Source of the DNA: Eledone cirrhosa
Lineage: Eukaryota
Assembly: GCA_964016885.1 (NCBI GenBank)
Contig: CAXHJY010000834.1
Coordinates: 252,025 to 316,024, forward strand
Length of the DNA stretch: 64,000 bases
Reading direction: 5' to 3'
Program-made: the position numbers and the translations under genes
The notes under the pieces: generated by a model
What the model saw: only the letters and a program-made list of their open reading frames with translations
Told to the model about the DNA's origin: nothing
Databases searched by the model: none
Shown here: positions 56,341 through 64,000 of the stretch, in pieces
How the letters are laid out: every line of letters begins with the position of its first letter
How positions within the stretch are numbered: position 1 is the first letter of the stretch

Positions 56341-56597
56341 TCTGGGTTAGGGAAAATGAAATAACTGTTTTTATTTTGTTAGGGACCGCTCTCTTTCACA
56401 CTCAACACCATACCCTGAAGGGTCCTTTATCTTTACATACTCTAACGTTGGTCACTTTAGTCTCTCTCTCGTCTCTAGTTTACTTTACTGGTGCTGATGA
56501 TTATAAGGGACTAACCCTTTTCATACCAAGCCAGCCAAAACCAGCTCTGTTTCGTTCTGTGAAACAAAACAATCCATTTTATAGAGTTCCTATTTAA

Positions 56598-56823
56598 CCC
56601 TTTTTATAACCATGCTAAAATTGGCTCTGGTTCTATGAAATAAAATACCCATTTTAATGGATTCTTATTTAAATTAATATTTTACAGCATAATTTCATAT
56701 AAGAACCATGTTAAATTATTATCTTAGTAATGAAATAATTAATAATTATAGTAAATCTTTTAAAAGTCTTCTTTAATTAATTGAAATAGTGTGTATTTCA
56801 TTAGAAATAGGATCACAAAAGGG
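56598..56823. mobile_element. Possible piggyBac-like MITE
   Basis: TTAA-CCCTTTT ... AAAAGGG-TTTC termini; right TSD is degenerate. Confidence 0.4.
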
Positions 56824-57319
56824 TTTCTAATAAATCCGAACCAAATTTTGACCATAGTAGATTTTCTCTTTCACTCAGATATTCTCTCTTTCATAATACT
56901 CTTTCTCTCTCCCACTCTCTGCCACACATATTCTCTCTCTCTCACTTTCCCTCTTACACACACACTCTCTCTCTTTCTCTCTCTCTAGTCCACTGTTATA
57001 CTATTGCTGGTTAGTCAACAGTTAATGTCTGTTTTATCTAACACCTGCTGCTAATAAATATAGATTTTTCATCCCCATCTCCTAACCTTTTACCTATATA
57101 GGCTCATTGGTTCACTAGTACTCTGAAACTTTATTAAATAGTAAACAAATATCTCTTGGATAAACACCCTACTATTATAAATAATGAAAAGACGCATTAA
57201 AAAACATATTACTATGGGATGGTCATGGCGGGAATGCCTTTTGTAATAGGTTCATTCAATTGAGGTTGATCTGGATCTAAACTACAAAAACATACTTTCC
57301 TTACTACTACAACCCTTTG

Positions 57320-57770
57320 TACCCTAAATAAAGACATCTTACTATATTTCTTCCCAAATATAGTCATCTCCCCATATTTCTTCATCAATTCTACCCTACT
57401 ATACCCTAGATAATCCATCTCCACATATATCTTCGCCAATCCAGCTCGACTATATCCTAAATATAGACTTTTCCCATATTTCTGCTACAATCCAGCCCCA
57501 CTATACCCTAAATATATCCATCTCCCTATATTCCTTCACCAATCCAACCCCACTTTACCCTAAATATACCCATATCCCCATATTTATTCCCCAATCTAAA
57601 CCCACTGTACACTAAATATAGCCATCACCCTTTATTTCTTCACCAATCCAGCCCTACACTACCCTAAACAAAGCCATCTCCCTATATTTCACTAATCCAG
57701 CCCTTTGTACACTAAATATAGCCATCCTATATTTCACCAATCCAGCTCTACTTTACCTTAAATATAGCCC
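57320..57770. repeat. Degenerate ~52-bp minisatellite (~8-9 units)
   Basis: CAATCCAGCCC..CTATACCCTAAATATA.CCATCTCC recurring at about 57438, 57489, 57541, 57593, 57645. Confidence 0.88.
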
Positions 57771-57912
57771 AAAAAATATTCTCTTTTTCTCACTGTTTCC
57801 AAGGTCCTAACACTAACCAGTACAACTGTGTACACACTCTGTCAAAAGTTTGACCAGTTGACCAATATAAAAGCAATGTACTAACTTCTCCTTCCTCAGT
57901 CATCCCATATAG

Positions 57913-58236
57913 CAGTGGTCCCTAACTTTTCCTCTACTAAGGAATCTTTTTATTCAAATGAATTTTCCCATGGGACCCCTAATCTCTATTACCTTCACTC
58001 CTCTCTTAGATTGTTATACAAAGAGAATAGCAATCAAAAGAGAGAAATATTTACACCTAGAGAAGAATAGATACTTAATAGTGTGTATATATCATGTTTA
58101 TAACAAAGTACTTGAAAAATTGAACCTAGCTCACAGAACTTCAGTACTACCTTTATGGAGATCCAGGGGTTTAAGGACCTCAGTAGTAAGTTTTCCAAGC
58201 CCGTGGGATCTGCAGATCCTAGGTTGGTAACCACTG
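57913..58236. mobile_element. Old hAT MITE
   Basis: TIRs CAGTGGTCCCTAAC / GTTGGTAACCACTG; imperfect 8-bp TSD CCATATAG / CTGTATAG. Confidence 0.65.
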
Positions 58237-58642
58237 CTGTATAGTCATCAGTATATGCAGCTCTTCTCTTTCTCTTTTGTCCTAGTCCTGCGATTGACCA
58301 GTTGAGTAGCACTTCACCCTTTTTCTCTATATCCTTCAACAACCAACCTCTAACCAGTGTATGTCCCTAGATAATATTGCTCGCAAAAACTGTGGGCCTT
58401 ATATTGAATTGACAAATCACGAGGGACTCTCTAAGGTCTGGGCAGTAGTTTATGTGGTTGTGGTTCTGAAATGGTTGTGATACCACTGCACCAGATATTA
58501 CTACATTGGTTGGTGGCATTTGGTTTGTGAGGGGTTGGGGGCTATAGGGCTGGGGTTGGTCACTTGTTTAGTGTAGAATACACTGCATTAAAAATGTTGG
58601 AATTCTTTTTTTATTATATATATGTACACACACGTATATATA

Positions 58643-58681
<39 letters not shown>

Positions 58682-58874
58682 TCATGATAAAATGGTCCCA
58701 GGAGACACTGTAAAGTGGTTGGCTTTGGGAAGGGCTGTAGAAACCAAGCCAAAAATAGAGTGTATGAGCAGGATATGATCACCTGACCTGCCTAGTCTCA
58801 CAACGTAACAGTCAATCTAACCCATGCAGCATTAAAATAGATGTAAGAAGGTGATGATGATGATGATGAATATG

Positions 58875-58968
<94 letters not shown>

Positions 58969-59119
58969 ACGTGTGTGTGCCTGTTGATATATATATATAG
59001 ACACTTATACTTCATGCTGCTGCACATGTTAATTCATCTAAATACAGAGCATTTAATACAAAAGGGCTCAATGAACAACAGTTCTAAATATATATTAATA
59101 TTAAACTATGACAACAGTG

Positions 59120-59620
59120 TTGAATTGATAGAATTGGTAGACTACAGTATTTGTTCAAGCACTTTATATTCTGAGTTCAAATCTTGCCAAGGTCAACTTG
59201 CCTCTCATTCTTCCAGGGTCGATAAAATAAAGTACCAGTAAGGTTGATTTAATCAACTTTACTCTTCCCCAAAAATTTGCTGGCCTTGTGTCTAAATTAG
59301 AAATCAATATTAGATGACAACTTCTGTGTGAAAAGTGGAACAGAAAAAAAGCAATACTGAACAGTCAACACAAATTAGATGTATGTATGCATTAAATTTT
59401 TTCTTGTCTGTGTATGCAAGGCTTTGTATTTCTTCCAGTTCTCTGTTCCCTGAGTTCAGATCCCACTAAAGTCAACTTTGTTTTTCATCCTTTCAGGGTT
59501 GATAAATAATAAAGTACCCAATCCAGGGGTGGTAGATTAGCAGAATTGTTAAAGAGCTGGATAGGATGCTTTGCAATATCTGATCATGCTCTGTGCATTC
59601 TGAATTCAAATCCTGTCTCC
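59120..59620 (+). mobile_element. Cluster of diverged tRNA-derived SINE copies
   Basis: CTGAGTTCAAATC..GGTCAACTT..GGTCGATAAAATAAAGTACCAGT at 59172-59239; partial copies near 59450 and 59600. Confidence 0.78.
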
Positions 59621-59867
59621 TTCTGCCAGATGTTGGGACTATCAGATAGTATCAGTTGACAAACAGGTTTCACTCCTCCTATTTCCTTCATATTTGAATG
59701 GTTAGCAATAAAAAAAAAAAAGGGCAGGGATCATCCAGGTGTTAAATAATACACCCCCACTCCACCCTCACCTAGACATACAAATCATAGAAACAGATAC
59801 ATGTGATTGAGTAATACATCTAAATGTCCATGCATTCATGTGTCTGCGTATATGTATGCCTATATAT

Positions 59868-59928
59868 ACTCTTTTACTCTTTTACCTGTTCCAGTCATCC
59901 GGCTGAGGCCATGCTGGGGCACCGCCCT

Positions 59929-59930
<2 letters not shown>
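59868..59930 (-). mobile_element. SINE 3'-end fragment
   Basis: TACTCTTTTACTCTTTTAC tail repeats followed by CAGTCAT..GGCCATGCTGGGGCACCGCC; recognition only. Confidence 0.5.
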
Positions 59931-59977
<47 letters not shown>

Positions 59978-60249
59978 TTTTTTATTTTATTTGTGGCATT
60001 TTTATTTATTTTTTTATTGATATATTATTTTCATATCCTTCCTTAAATTGTGGCAATCATAAACACCGCACATGCACACACACACACACACACACACAAA
60101 TATGATGATGATCTTATATATATCATCATAGCACCTATGTTTTTAGCATTTCATCCCATCACATGCCACCCTTGTCCTATCCTCCCTCTTCTATTTCTTT
60201 AAACAAGTAAAGGATGTTTCACCTTCCTCCTCTTCTTCAAATTCTTCAG

Positions 60250-60720
60250 TGGTGTAACAGCTGAAGTATAACTGTTGGAGGAACTCAGTACAATGGTATA
60301 ACACCTGGAGGTATGACTGTTGGAGGAACTCAGTACAATGGTATAACACCTGGAGGTATGACTGTTGGAGGAACTCAGTACAATAGTATAACAGCTGGAG
60401 GAATAACTGCTGGAGGAATTCAGTACAATAGTATAACAGCTGGAGGTATAACTGCTGGAGGAATTCAGTAGAATGGTATAACAGCTGGAGGTATAACTGC
60501 TTGAGAAACTCAGTTCAGTGGTAGGACTGCTGGAGGTATGACTGTTGGAGGAACTCAGTACAATAGTATAACAGCTGGAGGAATAACTGCTGGAGAAACT
60601 CAGTTCAATGGTAGGACTGCTGGAGGTATAACTGCTGGAGGACATCAATACAGTGGTCGGACTGTTGGAGGCATGACAGCTGGAGGAACTCAGTACAGTG
60701 GTAGGACTGCTGGAGAACCT
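60250..60720. repeat. 45-bp minisatellite built from 15-bp subunits
   Basis: ACAGCTGGAGGTATAACTGCTGGAGGAAYTCAGTACAATRGTATA, about 10 units. Confidence 0.92.
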
Positions 60721-60851
60721 CAATACAGAACAAAAGATGTCTTGAAACTTGCAAATTGAAAACAACAAACAAAAACAAAAGAAAACAAAGAAATAAAAAC
60801 TAACACCAAAGAAAAGACCTGGTAATGAGAAGGAAGATAACAAATTAATGG

Positions 60852-61198
60852 AACAACAGCAACAAAAACAACTGCAGCAGCAACAACAACAACAGTAATA
60901 GCAACAGCAGCAGCAACAATAACAACAACAACTGCAGCAGCAATAATAGCCTCAACAACTATAGCAACAACAACTACAGCAACAACAACTACAGCAACAA
61001 CAACTGCAGCAGCAATAACCCCAACAACAACAACTGCAGCAGCAATAACAACAGCAGCAGCAACAATGTCAGCAACAATAACTCCAACAACAACAACTGC
61101 AGCAGCAGCAATAATAACCTTAACAACTACAGCAACAACAACTGCAGCAGCAATAACAACTGCAACAGCAACAACAACGGCAACAATAACAGCAACAA
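60852..61198. repeat. Imperfect (CAA/CAG)n trinucleotide tract
   Basis: Direct observation; TAA/TAG interruptions in the poly-Gln frame. Confidence 0.95.
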
Positions 61199-61259
61199 GA
61201 ATATTCTTAACATGTCACATTCTCTGGCAGGTCCCATGATATAGTGAGGCATTGTTGTT

Positions 61260-61299
<40 letters not shown>

Positions 61300-62464
61300 G
61301 ACTCAATTTCATTCCAGCTTTCTATTTCGAAATCATTTTGTGTTTGGTGTTGATTGTAATAATTCCCTTCAGAAAGGCATCTTTATATAAATGACACAAA
61401 TAGAAAGAGGGAAGCAAGGTGGAAGAAGTAACAAACAATTGAACAATGTGAGACGTTAAAACAAGGTAAACAAAAACTAAGAAAAAAATACGTCTTGGAC
61501 AAAATATAGGCACAAAAATACTAAAAAATAAAAAATGCATCATGAAAATATTTCCACCAAATGAAAAGAGAAAGAAGGGTTGTAACCTTTTGTGTTAAAC
61601 CCTTAATCAAAGTAGAGTAAAACAACAAAGAAATAAAAATGAAATAAAAAAATGTATGAAAATGAATGTATCTCGTGCAGGACCACATCTGAAATGGATA
61701 TATATATATATGAAAAAAATCAATACAAGAGAACAACACTGTATAACGATGGAATATTAATAGAATTGGGAAAGAGTCTTGATGTTTTGGATGTTTGTCC
61801 TTCACCAGAAAATAAATACAGAGAAAAGTGAGGATATTTGGGAGAGAGAGAGAAGGTAGACGAATAAAATAAAAAGGGGGCAAGAAAAAGGGTGAAAACA
61901 TGTGTTGGTGATTGTTTACACAGGTTTTACTACCATGCTGAACCTTCTATAAGTATGAGCATATAAACTTTAGGGTATTTCTATACACAATACAACTTCA
62001 ACCTGATTTGATCGTTGGCACACTGTGTTTGAAAAACAAATTATAACCAAATCACTTCAGATTAATGCAAGAACAGAATTATTATAAAGAAAATTTACTG
62101 TATTTGTTTATTGTGCAGTGCTCACCTAGCATAGCCACAATATACCCAATACCCATGCCTTCTCTTAAACCAGTTTATTTCATAGTTATGTAAGAAAATT
62201 CATTATATATCATATCATATCATATCAATGTTACACTATTTTTAACTACCAATTTGTTTGATAATCAAACATATAACATATCACAGATATAATATAACAG
62301 ATACAACATAACTGATATAAAATATCTGATATAAAACAAAATCAGCTGCTAAATCACTAATAAATTTTCCCTAAAAATACCCTGCCATCCCACTCTCCAT
62401 AAAAACAATAACAACAACAATAGCATTACATTGATTTGACAAATATGTTTTTAAGCATTGAGTA

Positions 62465-62730
62465 GTAGATATAATCTGTCCAGTTTAAAAGCACCACTAC
62501 CACCTAGCCTCCCTTGGGTATTAGATATAATCCATCACCCAGTTTAACAACACCTTGCCCTTATATGGTAGACTTAAACCAATACCTTATATGCTAGACT
62601 TAATCCATTGTCCAATTAAACACCACTTGGCCTTTGGGTGATGGACTTAATCCATTGCCCAATTAAACACCACTTGGCCCTTGGGTGGTAGACTTAATCT
62701 GTTGCCAAGTTTAACACCATCACTTAATCA
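62465..62730. repeat. Degenerate ~47-bp tandem repeat
   Basis: GACTTAATCCATTGYCCAATTAAACACCACTTGGCCYTTGGGTG at about 62598, 62645, 62691. Confidence 0.8.
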
Positions 62731-63194
62731 CCTTTGGGTGCCTTTAGCAAAGTCTACACTGTAGCAAGTATTCAAAGCAGTTATCTGATTTGAGGATACA
62801 TTCCTCGCTCACTCCCTACAGCTTGAAAAACCCTGATAAAGGGTCATAGGCACTATCTTTCCTTCACTGACTAAACAGTAAAACAAGCCTTATTAGATCC
62901 TTACAAGATCCACATTCTTCCCTCCACCTCCCACATCATTGCCACTCTTTTTTCATAATTTACTCTTCTTTGTGAAGTTATTTTATCATTTCAAATCAAC
63001 TTAATCTTCCTTTTCTTCTCCTTTCCCCTGCCCCTTCTCATATTCATTCAAGTGCAACCATATTTTATTTTTATCCAGTCTTTTGTTTTCTGATATTTTC
63101 CACCCAATTGTAGGATAGAAGTGGAAAATGTTTGATCAAAAAGAAAAATATCAAACTAGAAATTTTCTCCTAACATTGTCTACTATTTCTCTGT

Positions 63195-63335
63195 GTATGA
63201 GTTCTGAGTTCAAATTGCACCAATGTAGACTTTGTCCATCATTAGTCCAAGGGATAAGATATGTACCAGTAATTTAACTGGGTTCAGTTCAGTATATTAT
63301 AGCCCTTTCCAATGCTGTGTGCCTAGACCTTCCTC
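63195..63335 (+). mobile_element. Diverged SINE copy
   Basis: CTGAGTTCAAATT..GACTTTG..GATAAG..GTACCAGTA. Confidence 0.6.
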
Positions 63336-64000
63336 ACTAAAAGCAAAGCAATATTCTCCCCATGCCACCCCACCCATACCTTCCCCCACTGTCCATGATT
63401 GAAAAGCAATATGATGAGCAGCATACAACAAAAGATATTCTCCCAGTCAGCTGAATCAGTTGCCATGATTGCAAGGACTGGATTAACCATGAAGTAAAAT
63501 AAACACATGTTTAGGACATCAAGGGAAGACAGACACAATGTTATTCAAATTAAATTGTCATCCTCCCGAATTATTTTTTTTTTGTTTTTTTTGCAGACTT
63601 TATATTTGGGGGCAACATAATCAAAATAACTTAATCCAGCCCTGATGGTTGAAAATCCTGGCTAGAGTCTTTCCTCTGAACTTATGCTGCTAATGTCCTT
63701 GGGAAAGGCATGAACATCAAAATTCCCTCTCAACACCCACTCCCTTGATCCCTCTGTCCTTCAAATATTGGGGCCTAATAAGCAATAATTTACCCTAACA
63801 CAAAAAAGAAATGGGGTTTAAAAAAAAAGAAGGAAAAAGATGAAGATTGGATGTAAAAAAATGAACGAACAACAAAACAAAAGCAATACAAAACAAAAAG
63901 CAATAATTTTGAAAATTTTGAAGTATTTATGTGTATGTATGTATTGAATTATATATATATATTTTTTCTTTGTTTTTTTTCTCCTCTCCCCTCCATATAT

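Overview
Eukaryotic, AT-rich, repeat-dominated genomic DNA, most likely from an octopus or other cephalopod (inferred from SINE motifs, dense (TA)n/(CA)n/(GATA)n microsatellites and a C2H2 zinc-finger gene; not provable here). Bases 1-22.8 kb are one 38-bp satellite array (about 590 units) with visible higher-order cassettes and a 42-bp variant at its edge. Bases 22.8-53.4 kb are a nest of transposon remnants: RTE LINE fragments, three Penelope-like elements (RT and/or GIY-YIG), five Tx1/L1-clade LINE pieces (four stacked at (GATA)n tracts), tRNA-derived SINEs and a hAT MITE. The only convincing host gene is a 451-aa C2H2 zinc-finger protein (54325-55680, +). The most striking unannotated signal is a set of about ten minimal hammerhead-ribozyme motifs from several families. 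They lie in short elements wedged between (TA)n tracts, many arranged as near-perfect foldbacks with a ribozyme on each strand. One has a compensatory U3-A8 core and one has a roughly 75-nt stem II loop. A second oddity is a ~450-bp palindromic element with two convergent tRNA-like Pol III units, present twice. Most short ORFs in the supplied track are microsatellite artefacts. All structures were folded by eye and none are tested.
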